NCBI GenBank assembly: GCA_964016885.1
Contig: OZ024740.1
Coordinates: 347,758,001 to 347,822,000 of the forward strand
DNA: 64,000 nt
Origin: Eledone cirrhosa
Lineage: Eukaryota
Reading direction: 5' to 3'
The notes under the pieces are model-generated. The model searched no databases. It saw only the letters and a list, made by a program, of their open reading frames with translations, and was not told the origin of the DNA. Shown one piece after another: positions 1-13,200 of this stretch; position 1 is the stretch's first letter, and the number at the start of each line of letters is the position of its first letter. A program made the translations under genes and the position numbers.

Positions 1-121
1 ACGTGAGGATGAAAGGCAAAGTTAACCTCGGCGGTATTTGAACTCAGACCGTAAAGGGACGTAACTCCATGCTATGAAGCATGGTGTCCGACTCTCTACA
101 GATTCTGCCAATCCACCGCCC
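1..121 (-). mobile_element. tRNA-derived SINE family A (MetaSINE/MESC-like core), partial at the window edge
   Basis: Same head (GGCGGTGGATTGGCAG...GAGTTCAAAT) and core (TTTGCCTTTCATCC) as the other family A copies. Confidence 0.8.
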
Positions 122-569
122 TAATGTCTGTACGTAATGAGGGAGTGAGAGGGGAGAGAAAGAAAGGCAGAGGTGAAGTGACGAAGTGACTCTCTCCTCC
201 TCCTCCTCTTCCTCCATCTCCCCATTCGTCACAGCGATAGAGGGGAAGAGTGTTAGTGTGTTACAAAGAGAAAGAGTGAGAGTGAGAGAAACAGACAGAC
301 TAAAAGAGAGGGATAGCTGGAGAGAGAGAGAGATAGCAACCACGTGCGCACGTGTTTCCACTGTCGGACAGACAGACAGAGAAATTGGTGGTTATATATT
401 ATAAGGAGATATATATAATTATATATTCGTGTACAGATATTTTTGCATACACAATAACAAAATATAAACAAACGTATTTATTTCACGAGGCTCGATAAGG
501 ATAAATATATATATCAAATATATAAGAACCCTAGAGCAAATCCCGAGCAACGCCGGGCCATTCTGCTAG
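122..569 (+). mobile_element. Non-autonomous Helitron, 3' portion
   Basis: Subterminal hairpin CCCGAGCAACGCCGGG (542-557) then CTAG|T; same terminus as 44396 and 56995; 5' boundary uncertain. Confidence 0.65.
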
Positions 570-686
570 TATAATAATAATTCAATTGCGCAACACCTTA
601 TTTACTGCGCTAATCGTAGTTACCACATTTAGTATCAGCTGCTGAACTTAAAGCCAGTAAAACTAGCACAGCTTCCGTCCTCGATT

Positions 687-689
<3 letters not shown>

Positions 690-758
<69 letters not shown>

Positions 759-805
759 CTATCTCTCTCTCTCAACCACACACACACACATTCACGCGCA
801 CACAC
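690..805. repeat. Compound (CT)n/(CTAT)n/(CA)n microsatellite
   Basis: Directly visible. Confidence 0.95.
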
Positions 806-1200
806 TCTTCTTTTTCTCCCTATTTCACTCTGTCTCTCCCTCCCTCTCCTCATTTCACTCACTCTCTCTTTTTCTCTCCCGCTTCCTTTCTATCTTATTG
901 CCCCTCTCTCACTTTCAGTGTTCTAGCTATACGGCTATATATCTATCTACCTATCTATATGTCAATCTACATATTTGTCTGCAGATATACACTTTAAATG
1001 ACACAAATAAAGAAATGCGCACGTAAACCTCACCACCCATTGTAAACATTAACTTTTTACACTAACATATTCGAGATAACAAATCATGCCATCTTAAAAA
1101 CGGAAAGGCACAGTAGATAATCTTCTCCTAGATACACTGTCTGAATAAAATGTAGGATTGTCATAGCTATAACTTCGTTTCCATCCAAATCCCGTTTTAA

Positions 1201-1402
1201 ACCTTTAGCATTTACATTACTCTATATTAACCATTGTATTTTGGGGGTAAAAGGTTTCACAATATCGAATCTATGAAATTTTGATATCATTTATTTTGAG
1301 AACAATACCTTAATGTCAGTATGAGTGGCCAGTTACAGCCAGTTTGAACAGAAAGAGGAAAGAAAATTCTGGCCGGATATGGCCGGTTTAAATGCTAAAG
1401 GA
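1201..1402. mobile_element. piggyBac-type MITE
   Basis: TIRs CCTTTAGCATTTA / TAAATGCTAAAGG flanked by TTAA on both sides (1197-1200, 1403-1406). Confidence 0.65.
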
Positions 1403-2059
1403 TTAACCAGATAATGACGGGTACATCGAATATTGTAGCCGTTGGTCTACAAAAAGGCTTTCACAGCTGAAATAAGTTTGATCATATAACTGCTGGAATC
1501 AGGGCATACCTCGATTAAAACAACGTTGACAATAACATCAACGATAACAACAGTATATATATCAACAGTTTGACATAAACAACATCAACGAAAATATCAA
1601 CAACAACGCCAAAACCCACATTACCAGCGGAAACAACTGGTTATAAATGTTGTTAATGCTTTTTGTTATGTCTTCAAATATGCTGGATTGTTAACAAAAA
1701 AAACTTACCCTTATTGAGAACGTCTAACAATATTATCTGTTTTGCATGTAAATGGACGAATAGATCACGTTCTTTGTATTTGGAAATTAAATGTGTGACG
1801 TATTTTCTAACGTTCGGAGAACACCAATCAAATGTTGATGACTAAATACTATTTTTATGTTTACAAATACATTAGCTCATATATATTCTATTTTACGAAG
1901 TTCACATTTGTATAAATAACATTACAAGCTCACAATTCTTTCACACTGAAAATATAAACACATATAACAAATACAATTAACCATTGCTAGGAACTTCACA
2001 AATCCACGCCCCAAAATATACGACGAGAGCGAGAGAATGATGAAGAAACAAAGGGCAAC

Positions 2060-2460
2060 AAAAACAAAAACATCCATCAATTCACGATCAAGTGCGACAA
2101 TCAGCCACACATCACAAGGATCAACGATATATATCGAGGCAAGCTAATACGATCGCAGCATTACCACGGGTGATGGTGAGGCTAAGCGGCTGAAACAACC
2201 AAGCACACCCACGGCACGGGCATCACCCGGCACCCCAATATGGCGAGCCGCCAGCGATGACAAGATCTTCGTCCATAGGCTGGAAAAGTAATTGCTAGAT
2301 AGATCCCTTTATTTCCGGATTTTATTCCATTCGTCAACGGAAGTAGTGACCCTCATATTTACCGCGGCATCCATGATGAGGGAGCAAAGGAGACACTGAG
2401 GCGTCACATGTGATGCTGCCTGCTTTCGTCAATCGTGTGAAAGCAATCGTGTCCTAGCAA
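2060..2460 (-). mobile_element. Decayed 3' fragment of a CRE-like (RLE) non-LTR retrotransposon
   Basis: Minus-strand translation WLFQPLSLTITRGNAAIVLA resembles the C-terminus of the 21475-22300 element (WLFQRISLAILRGN); GC-richer than its flanks. Confidence 0.55.
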
Positions 2461-2693
2461 AGTAACCTAAACAAAGTAACAAGAAACTCCAGCTTCAAAG
2501 GAAATATAAAAATTATAGTTCACTAATAACTACCTGTTGAAACGGCAAGAGCTCAGCCGTCGGGTCCCGACACTTTATAATATCACAATACTCTACTACC
2601 CCAAGTATCGAGTACTCTGTTGAGTAATGGTCTAACCAGTTTCAAACTGAATTCATCCTGATTTGTATATATATAATTATATATATACAAATA

Positions 2694-2737
<44 letters not shown>

Positions 2738-3096
2738 TATATGTATATATATATGTGTCTGTGTGTGTGTGTAAAAGATAAACAGAAATAACAATACAAT
2801 CAGTACAGTATCGACAGTCGGTCGACTTTTCGTCAAATCGGACTGAAGAAACAATGTTTCCATTGGTCTTTCCAATTGCTCATACTATCTATCGGTTGTC
2901 GGAGGTGCAATGTGAAATAAAGTGTCATGCTCAAGGACAAAACGAATCGCCTGGTCCAGAAATCGAACTTACAACCTCACGATTGCGAATCCAATTCTCT
3001 AACCACTCTGCCACGTGCCTTCATTCAGCCACGCGCCTTCAGTACAGTATATGGAACGAATATATTAGTTTAATGCTTGAAATAGCAGGAAGAAAG

Positions 3097-3132
3097 TCTT
3101 AACGTTTCGGACGCTAGTCCTTCATCAGAAGA
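3097..3132 (-). ncRNA. Minimal type-I hammerhead ribozyme motif (Penelope-like element type)
   Basis: Minus strand UCUU-CUGAUGA-A-GGAC(UAGC)GUCC-GAAA-CG-UU-AAGA: intact core, 4-bp stems I and II, palindromic loopless stem III (AACGUU). Confidence 0.7.
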
Positions 3133-3180
3133 AAGAATAAGAAATTAGAAAGACTGAAGGGACGGACAGGGTGGAAAAAG

Positions 3181-4787
3181 TTAGTTAAGGGCAGATTTCT
3201 AGCAGAGAAACCTAAAATAAGCCTGATCTACCATTAAGCTTGCCATTATTGCAGTTTCCACCGACAAGACAATATTGTTCATTTTCGTATATAGGATGGA
3301 CAATACCAAAGAATTTCAGTTTCATCAGGCAGCTTCTTTGAAAGTATAACTTATATTTACCTGTTAGTAAACGGAAAACGTGTAATGCCTTTCGAGCATG
3401 GTGTAACATTTCAAGCATGCATAGATCAGGCATCTAAGTAAATATGTGTAGACCAAGACAGGGACGGGTATAAATGCCGTTAGATATAGCAGATATATAT
3501 CACTTCTATCAACTCAACAATAATGGAGTAGCAAATAACAAACAGAAATTTATTTGTCACTGATATACAGAGAATCTCAATAAATGATAGCTAAAAATAT
3601 CACTCAGAGATTTATATAAACATATATAGAGTAACATGTATGAAGTTAGCTAAAGGCAGATTCATAGCAAAGTAACCTAAAATAAACCTTTTCTACTATT
3701 AATCTCGCCATTACTGCATCTCCACCGATAAGACAATGTTTGCAATTCTATTATTGGAAGCCTGATCTTGGCATGCGTGAAAATTCCAACTATGCTCGAA
3801 CGACAGTGGACGTTTTCCGTTTACTAACAAGTAAATATTAATTTATAATTTCGAAGAAGCTATAATAGAATGGCCAATATTGTTTAATCAGTGGAACCTG
3901 CAGTAAGGGCGAGATAAATGGTAGGGCATGCTTATTGTATGTTACTTTGTTAGAAATCTGCCCATAGTTAACTTTGTAAAAGTTAGTATATATATGTATT
4001 ATTTAGAAAATGAGGTTATTTACAAAATGAAAAAAACTGAGGTGTCCTAAACGAGTGAAAGTATAAGAAAAAAAGATGAAATCGAAAATGCAACTGGAGT
4101 CTTTTTTTTTTTTAAATATATTTATTTGGTTCCTTTACCTGTTTCGCAGTTCTTCTGCTTTTCAAAAGTAGAATTGAGATGGAGGGTTTGTGGTTTTTCT
4201 CACATCTGCAGCAACAACCCAGGCGTACCCATCGACCTTCACGTGCAGAAACTGTGCCAAAGACTGCCACTCCAGAATTGGGCTGTTGTGTCACAGCAGA
4301 CGCTGCTTATCATCAAGCTAGCCCTTCCCCCTTGGCGCAATCCATTGTCTATCGAGACAGAAGGGAGCCATCATCATATATATATATATATAATATTATT
4401 TTATCAGTGGAACCTGCAGTAATGGCGAGATAAATGGTAGGGCATGCTTACTGTATGTTACTTTGTTAGAAATCTGCCCATAGTTAACTTTATAAAAGGT
4501 AGTATATATATATATTTATTATTTAGAAAGTGAGGTTATTTACAAAATGAAAAAAAAAAACTGAGGTGTCCTAAACGAGTGAAAGTATAAGGAAAAAAGA
4601 TGAAATCGAAAATGCAACTGGAGTCTTTTTTTTTTTAAATATATTTATTTGATTCCTTTACCGGTTTCGCAGTTCTTCTGCTTTTCAAAAGTAGAATTGA
4701 GATGGAGGGTTTGTGGGTTTTCTCACATCTGTGAAATATATATATATATATATATATATAAATATATAGTTAACTTTGTAAAAGTTA

Positions 4788-4880
<93 letters not shown>

Positions 4881-4985
4881 CTAACTTTTACAAAGTTAAC
4901 TATGGGCAGATTTCTAACAAAGTAACATACAGTAAACATGCCCTACCATTTATCTCGCCATTACTGCAGGTTCCACTGATAAAAC

Positions 4986-4990
<5 letters not shown>
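3181..4990. repeat. Mosaic of at least five direct and inverted copies of a ~110-nt segment, with a ~335-nt direct duplication (3877-4210 / 4393-4730)
   Basis: Segment GGCAGATTTCTA...GCCATTACTGCA...CCAC at about 3190, 3655 and 4905, inverted at about 3880-3985 and 4395-4500. Confidence 0.8.
4210..4376 (+). mobile_element. Short 3' end of an RTE/BovB-like LINE
   Basis: Translates FTCRNCAKDCHSRIGLLCHSRRC (C2H2-like tail), then a short hairpin and (CAT)n. Confidence 0.65.

Positions 4991-5065
<75 letters not shown>
4736..5065. repeat. (TA)n arrays with embedded inverted fragments
   Basis: Directly visible. Confidence 0.95.
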
Positions 5066-5069
<4 letters not shown>

Positions 5070-5325
5070 ATATAATAATATATTATGTATACTCCAGTCC
5101 TACAAACTGTAGAGTGCTTCTTATCCGATATCTGCATTGCTTTATTGTACTACAATAAAACTCACCTCCTACATATATATATATATATATATATATATAA
5201 GGCGGGTAAAATTCCCGAGATCCATGGACGAGTTCTCTCCAGCGGTCTCTGTCCCTCATCATCGCTGCCATACATATATATATATAACATGTAGCGCAGT
5301 AAATAAATATATACATATACACCAG

Positions 5326-5555
5326 GTATATATATAATGTATAATAAACAATACAATATAATTACCTCATTACCAGAGGTTTCCCGAATAAGACGAATAC
5401 GAAAAACGTCCTCATTCGTTCATCGGACAAGGCAATTTAAAACATATGTTTTAAATTACCTTGTCCGATGAACGTTTTTTGTATTCGTCTTATTTAGGAA
5501 ACCTCTGGTAATGAGGTAATTATATTGTATTGTTTATTATACATTATATATATAC
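5326..5555. repeat. ~230-bp near-perfect palindrome containing a hammerhead-like fold
   Basis: Axis at CATATG (5443-5448); arms differ by a ~10-nt indel and a few substitutions. Confidence 0.9.
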
Positions 5556-5563
5556 ATATATAT

Positions 5564-5779
5564 ATATTGTTATACATGAGGAGGGTCATATTTGTGTATA
5601 ATAATATTGCCAGAATTAATAACAGAACACACTCACTGTTTGGTTCGTTTTAGCTTCTTTGTCTTTTATATCGGTTAATTTAATTTATTCGGTCCTCAAT
5701 GTTACAGTGAGTGTGTTCTGTTATTAATTCTGGCAATATTATTATACACAAATATGACCCTCCCCAAGTATAACAATAT
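5564..5779. repeat. Fold-back element, ~75-bp inverted arms with a ~65-nt spacer
   Basis: 5564-5639 is the reverse complement of 5704-5779. Confidence 0.88.
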
Positions 5780-5835
5780 TTGTTTCGACACACGATTTCA
5801 TATCAAAAACCTCGCAAAACTAATTCATCGCCGTC

Positions 5836-5925
<90 letters not shown>

Positions 5926-6412
5926 GTATATATATATGTATATATGTCTTCCTAAACGAACACTGAAATGTAAAACGTATACTGGTTTAAGTAAGTTTGT
6001 CATTTTTACCTATTACCGTTTTTTACCTCGTTTCATATTTTGCTTTTGTTTCCTTTACTGTTTTTGTTTTTGTTTCCTTTACTGTTTTTTGTTTATATCA
6101 CATTTCTATGACAATACACAATTACAAAGACTACAACGCATTAAAACGAAATACGAAATACAAAGAATATATTAAGCAAAAACAAAAATTAGCAGGGGAA
6201 GTAACTTAATGATAATCTTTTAAATTTATTTCCCTTGGAAAAAGCCAATTTTGATTTTAAATATTTTATGTAGCAATTATTTTAGCTTCAATTTTGATTT
6301 TATCTTACATTCACTTAAACATTTTTGCTGTCGTTTTTCTTGTTACCGTAGCTATTGTTGTTTTTGAACTGCAAACACGGAGATTATCATGCTACATTAT
6401 TTATATATATAA

Positions 6413-6582
6413 AGAGGGTCGGACCCCATGCTTTGCAGCAAAGAGTTACGTCCCTTAATGGTCTGAGTTCAAATCCCGTTGTGGTTAACTTTGCCTTTCA
6501 TCTTTACGGGGTCGATAAAATAAAGCACCAGTAATACACTGGGATAATTGCTGGCCTTGTGCCAAATGTACAAACAATTATT
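6413..6582 (+). mobile_element. SINE family A, 5'-truncated
   Basis: B-box GAGTTCAAATCCC, core TTTGCCTTTCATC...GGGGTCGATAAAATAAAG, tail AAACAATTATT. Confidence 0.8.
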
Positions 6583-7783
6583 TATATATATAAACTCCTC
6601 TGTGAAACCTGTGTATCATATAGATCAAGGTATCTAGTTGAACTGACTTCTACATGTCATGATATCCTCTGAGGTGGTGGTATGAACACGAACACATCAC
6701 CAAGTAGATATCATATCATATTCTCACACGCTTTAATTTGAACATAGGTTTCATCCATGGCAAGGCTTATTTCTTAACACAAATCTTTATTATATGTGAG
6801 AACACACCACAGCTCTAACACTTCAAGGTCTTTGCTATAGATTTGTATCTGTTTCTGTGACACACCAGCTCACACATTCTTGACAAAGTTCAACTGTTGT
6901 TCAGAATTACTTGCAGGTGTGATGTCATCCACTCACGTGCCTGTTCAAAAGTTTCACTATCAACAAAGAATAACTTGATAGGTGCATTAGTCTCTAAAAG
7001 TGCCTTGACAAGGTCGTGTAACCTTGAATAACCAAAACATGTCATATTAGCACTTCATAGACGTGTTGGTCTCCGGAAAAGACTTGAGAAGAGCATGTGC
7101 ATTGTGAATGTTCCGTCCATGATTAGTATAACACCTATATCTTCAAGGAGGCACCGACACTATCTGGAAAGTCCTAGCCATGGTTAAACTAAAAACTTTT
7201 CCAAGTTTCCTCTTTGATGCTTGTTTTCTCTAGCCTAGTTCTACACAGGACAAAGAAAGCATTCCCTTTCTACTATTACTGGATATAAGGGTCATTATCA
7301 AAAGAGCGTATCACAGAATTTTCTTTCTATGTTGCCTGCATATAATCCAATACAGTACTGAAATGTTCCCATATGGCTGCTGGGTTTTTACTTTTGTGGG
7401 AATACTGTGCTGAAGGTAGTCGTTTTATGGTTGCCACCTACAGAAACTATCAATGTAAGTTTTCTCTCTTTTTTAGTAAAGGTTTGAGGCGTGATTTTTC
7501 TGTGTACACTTTCTAATAAAAAAAAAATTTCAGGTTTGAATGTGATGAGATTGTATGTCATAAGTTTGAAGTGTTCGATCAATAGTAGCCATATCTTTAT
7601 AATCAGCTAATACATTATCATCAAGTGGTATTAAGGACACCATACGTTAAAGAAACTCCACACAATATTGAGAGATACCAGCAGCATCTTATCATCGTGG
7701 TAGATCAAGATCAGACTCCTGCATACACTGGTGCTCTCCCACTTCCTGCACGTATGCGAGAATGGTCTTTTACTAAAGATATA

Positions 7784-8280
7784 TGAGAGAGGGCTGAAAA
7801 GTTCATAGGTTGACTATCAAGGAATGATGCTAGTGCTATGAAATCTTGCATGCATAAATTTCAACTCTTTTTATTATTAGCTGTCTTGTTTCCTTCCAGA
7901 TAAACTGACATATGACTTTTCAAAGAAGACTTCAAAGAAAATGGACAATATTTTGCGTCGTAGTATTATCAAGTACCTACAGAAAAACGGTTTAGCCCCC
8001 AAGGATTTTCATGCGACATGTTTGCTACATTAGTGGATGACGCTCCAGCTTTATCACCAGAGCAAACGTGGGCAGCTGAATTTAGGAATAAAAGGGATAG
8101 TCTTGATAAAGGAAAACATTGATCATGTTCACCACATGGTGATGGATGACAGGCGATTAACTACAAATCAGATAGCTACCACTATGGACCGCAAAGGGGC
8201 TATGTTGAAAAATTACCCTCATTTGGTCACATTCCATGAGTGTATCTTGGTCAGCCTATGAACCTTTCAGCTGGCCCTTG
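7784..8280 (+). mobile_element. Internally deleted mariner-like DNA transposon
   Basis: TIRs GGGCTGAAAAGTTCATAGGTTGAC / GTCAGCCTATGAACCTTTCAGC; decayed HTH coding remnants (IIKYL, ENIDHVHHMVMDDRRLTTNQIA). Confidence 0.7.
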
Positions 8281-9473
8281 CAACTACACAAAAATGTGAT
8301 ACTGCCGTAACATCTTAGGCTCTAGCGTAGCGGGTGATGAAAGCGATCCACCTCGTGCATCAGTTTTTGGTGCATATTGTGTTGTGGGTTTCGATGGTGG
8401 AAGATAACGCAAGGACGGTATCAGCTAGCATAAATTCTAGCTAGGCCACTGTCGTTAGCCATCTCATACTTAAACCACACCACAAATGAGCTGGTGCACA
8501 AAACCATTTAGCATCAAATTGACAAAAGCCGTCTGACAATGCCGAAGAAAATAAATCTGAAAGGATACGGCCAAGCAAAAATTCAGTGACCTTACAAAGC
8601 TCATCCTACAAGGAACCAGGGAGGAGAGAGTAGGAGAGTTAGGGAAAGAATATAACCAAAAATAGACTAGTAAATCTTTAGTAGAGAGCAGAGATCTGAC
8701 ACACAGCTGCGAGAGACGGAAAAGACTTGTGTGCAACAAATTAGAGCAGTGTTTCTACGACTCTATCTAGCGTTGTGGCCCCAAACAAGGTAAATAAAAA
8801 ACATATCTAGCAATATAGTGTCCGATGTGTCATTCCAACACAGGATATAAAGAATGAACTGAAACTTTTATTCCTTACAAGCCGAGTGACAACACAGAAG
8901 CTTCTTTATCTGTTCGTTTTTTTTTTGTTATTATTTAGCCCCAGGACACCCTTTAACTATGACAAAAGGCGTTCAGTCTGTGACGATCTCGAAGGTTTTC
9001 ATTCATATTCTATATAGAATTGCATTATCCATTGAGTTTCCTTTTTTAAGACTGTAGAATATGCACCAAGAAAGATTTGGTTGCTATTTCTTGTAGGTAT
9101 AGCGATCACGGAGAAGGTTTGTTTGGTCGATTGTTGATGTTTTATAGCACCACATTAGCCAAGATCCGGTAATCTCGTGTAGTTTCAACCATGACCAACA
9201 CCCCATTCTATATCTAAAGAATATAACATATCGATGACTACATTATTAAATGTGCCCTCCTTATTTTTAAACGGTAGGATGTAATTTAAAAAAGAGTTGA
9301 CTGCAATTTCTAGCATTTCGCACAATCTAGTACAGGTCTCCGGTGTTGTCTTATCAAAAATTAAAAACCAAAAAATTTGTTAAAATTTTACAAGGGAAAT
9401 AACTCGCTCAAAAATAATTTCCCTTGGAACGTTAACATTCCATTTCTAAATTAATAGAACTCTCTTGTTATGA

Positions 9474-9507
9474 AGATTGGCGTAATTCAAATTTGAAAAT
9501 GGCGGCT
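9474..9507 (+). promoter_or_regulatory. Candidate SMPD4 proximal promoter: inverted CCAAT (ATTGG) and a YY1-like AAAATGGCGGC overlapping the start codon
   Basis: Short motif matches only; no transcription start data. Confidence 0.3.
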
Positions 9508-9534
9508 GTGACAGGCGGTTCGTTATCTATTCTG
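9499..9534 (+). CDS. SMPD4: SMPD4 exon 1 (MAAVTGGSLSIL)
   Basis: AAAATGGCG start context; phase-0 donor GTTCGT (weak) matches the phase of exon 2; too short for homology support. Confidence 0.6.
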
Positions 9535-10177
9535 GTTCGTATTAAAGTCAAATTCATTCTCTCTTAAACTATAAATATTTCATCTAATATTTTCATATTA
9601 TATTAATATATGTATATTTAGTTTAAATCTTATTTTTACCATGATTCATCAAAACTAACTTCTTGTTTTGGTTTACGAAATATAATGTAAATAAATATAC
9701 AAAGTTTTAATTGTTAAGAAAGGCATGTATAGTATTTGGTATTGAAATGCTTTAGTAATTTATTTTGTCTACTGTGTTATACACTTCTTGTTGCTATCGA
9801 TCGCTTTCTACACGCACACACAAATATTAATAGTCATTTCTTTATAATATGCGTTGACATGACTAAGAAATTCGCTTCGCCACCATCTGTTCGGTTCAGT
9901 CCTACTGCCTTCGACAAGTTATAGCCTCGCCTTATTTGTGACATTGGGTTGACTAACTGCAGTATCCCGTCGCGTGTATATATATATATTATATGAAGAC
10001 ATGTACGGATAAACAAATTTAATATATATATAATTCAAATTAAGCTAAAAAACCAGACATAATTGATGCTTTGATACCTTAAATGTGTATATATATATAT
10101 ATATTATATATATATATGAAATACTGTTGGCTTCACGCTCACAATAATTTCTATACTTTCATTTATATATATATATA

Positions 10178-10208
<31 letters not shown>

Positions 10209-13200
10209 GCTCACGTGTGTGTTTATGTCTCGTAACCTAGCAGCTGATCGAAAATAAGTATGATTTACTTTAAGGTGATGCCCTAGCATGGCCACAATCT
10301 AATGACTGGAACATGTAAAATGATAAATGAACAAAGTATTTTATAAAATACTTCACGCACATTATTTAATGACAGTTAACAGTAATCACGGAGTGGAAAG
10401 TAGACTACAACTATTTACTCCAATATATTGGATCACCTTCCAATGGAATGTTTAGATATGAACGACTGGGTTTCTGGTAACGTTTCTATTCTGTTGTTAG
10501 GAGTTATTGCAGACGAAGTACATGGTAGATATAGTTGACTAAAACCTTTGAAATGGATAGCCTAACAGTCAAATGACAATAAAAGACTAAAGTACGAATA
10601 GGCTATGTAGCCGGTAAACCCTAAAGGGACGCAACACACTTCGCTATAGCGTTTCAACAGCCCCTTCCTTCTATTGTCTGTATCTACATGTAGATGTGTG
10701 TGTATGTAACTAAAGCATAACGTACGTTACGAATGGATGACTAAATTATTTTAACTTAGTTTTTAACAATTGATGGAAAAAATTTCAAATTGTCTTAACT
10801 CATGGTGTCTGACATTCTTACTGCCTATATAGCCTCTTCCAAGAAAATACTCTTTTCTCTTTTTTTTTCTAGGTGGAATTCCAGAATGCTATTTCGAAAC
10901 CACTGTTGAAGCGTTTTGAAATGGTTACTTCAATTATCATGAACATTAGTACAAAGGTAAATACTCTTTATGTATGTTTATCTTGGTAATACTCTGAAAG
11001 GTATCATATTGGCAGGGTAGTTACAACATTAGATATTTATTACAGCTCTGTGCACTGAGGTCAACTTAGCTTTCATTTTTTGAGGTTGATAAATTACCAG
11101 TCCTGTACACAGGCTGATTTTTCTCTCTCATAAATCAGCTGAGTTTAAAACTGAAGAGTGTTGGGTTCCACCAGGTTGATGATAGCACCTCTATGATTCC
11201 ATGAGAAGCTGATGACCCGTGAGCAGATTCTGTGGGAGTATATAAAGTCTGAAAATAAAATACACAAGCATACACTGCACGATATTAGATATCAGCATGC
11301 CTGAAGAATGGAGTGCCATTATTATCATAATCATTTTTACACCCACTTTCCCATGTTGGCATGGGTTGCATCAGTATTGTGCATCTATTCTAAAACTTTG
11401 GATACAGACAGTGTTTCGTTGTGTTAAGAGAACAATTCAACATGAGATTAATCAGCTGTCAGATGAAGAACTCTGGTGGTTTGGACCTGTACTTCTTCTA
11501 AAGGATGATAGTTGGCTGAATAAGTTTTGGAAAAGAAAGCTGAACATGATGTGGTAGGATGTGACCACATCTAATATCAGGATACTGAACCTTGCAAAAG
11601 AGAGGAAAAAGGCTTGCAGTATGTCCAACATATGCTGGTATGGAATATTGAATATAAAATGATGATGATGAAGTTATTGACAGTAACATATATACATCTT
11701 GCTATGAAAATATTTGAAAGATTTTGCTAACTCTTCTTGATTTCATCAACAATTTAATGTCTGTTTCATCTTGCCTTTAGGCTAGATAATTTATAATGAA
11801 CTTGCATCTCATTTCATTTTTAAAGTCTTACTACCTTGTCTCAGTATCTCTATCATAAAAACTATTATTATTATACAGTTTTCCCTAATGTACATCATCC
11901 ACTAATGGTTTATGTCAATATCATTTTTATCTTCCTCATTCTAAGTCCTATTTTATGACTCACTTTCCTTTTTTGTAAATTCTTTTGTAACTTAATGAAA
12001 AAGCATATTGTCTACTGATCAAAATGTATGTGTAGATATAATAAGAAATGCATCATATATGCAGTCATCATCATCATCATCATCGTTTAACATCTATCTT
12101 CCACGCTAGCATGGGTTTAGACGGGAATTGTCCTACTTGAGGCAAGATTGGTCGGGTGACCATGTCTCGCTCGTATAGGACTGTCTGGCAGGTTTTCTAC
12201 GGCTGGATGCCCTTCCTAACACCAACCACGTTTACAGCGTGGACTGGGAGGTTTTTGTCGTGACACCTACACGAGCTCATTTATTTTGGTCTGGATGTTG
12301 TGGTACCAACATAACTTTACGGAGAAAGGGTGGGAGTAGGGGCAGTGGGATGGGGTATATATTTTGGCTAAGAGGTGCCTACTGACTGGAGGTTTTGCTT
12401 TGTACATAGGAAGGCGGGTCTTCTGTATTACTGCGTAGCGCCAAAGATCTCGGTCCAGTGACATTGTCTTAAAGAGGTGTAAGTGTGTAAGGTCAGAATT
12501 TATCAAATCGTCCCAGGTTTTTCTGGGGTCAGTAAATAAAATTATAATTCACATGATGTATTTCAGTGAAAATAGCTTTCTTTAAAGTGGATATGAATTA
12601 TAGAATGTTAGGCCTTCATTCCTGCTTTGATTCTACTATCAGGACACAGCCATAATTTATCATCTGTGTTCAATGAACATTCAGTTATTTCATCAACTGT
12701 TTGCACAGTTTGTGAATTAATGTATAAGTGATTAAGTATTCTACAGACATGTGCTCTTTACATAATTCCTAAGCTGAGTCAGTGTGACATGTACAATACA
12801 TCTGACAGAATTCCATGCAGATTCTATCTTCCGAATTTAACTCATGCACTGAGATCAAACCTTTGACTTTAAAACTGCAAAGCAAATTTAACCACATATC
12901 CATTCTTGATGTGACAGCAAGTTTTGGTTTTCTCACATTTTTTAGTTTCCAATGGGTTTTTAATAGTACTAATTCCTCTCAAATTCTCTTTTGCCTGGCA
13001 AAGTATTTTTTTTTCTTTTAACAGTTATTTCTATATTCTTTCAATTTAGTTTTTTCTTTGCCTGTCTTATTTTTAATGTAATGTTGATGCCAAAAATTGT
13101 TTCTGAGAATTTTGTTTAACTTCTGTTTTATTATTCTATATAGGAAGCTCACCATATTTTCCCAACCATATTAGAAAGTATTTTCGGATTTGGTCATGAA

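Noticed and set aside
4649-6209. Many YI/IY-repeat ORFs
   Set aside because: Translations of (TA)n arrays; no coding signal.
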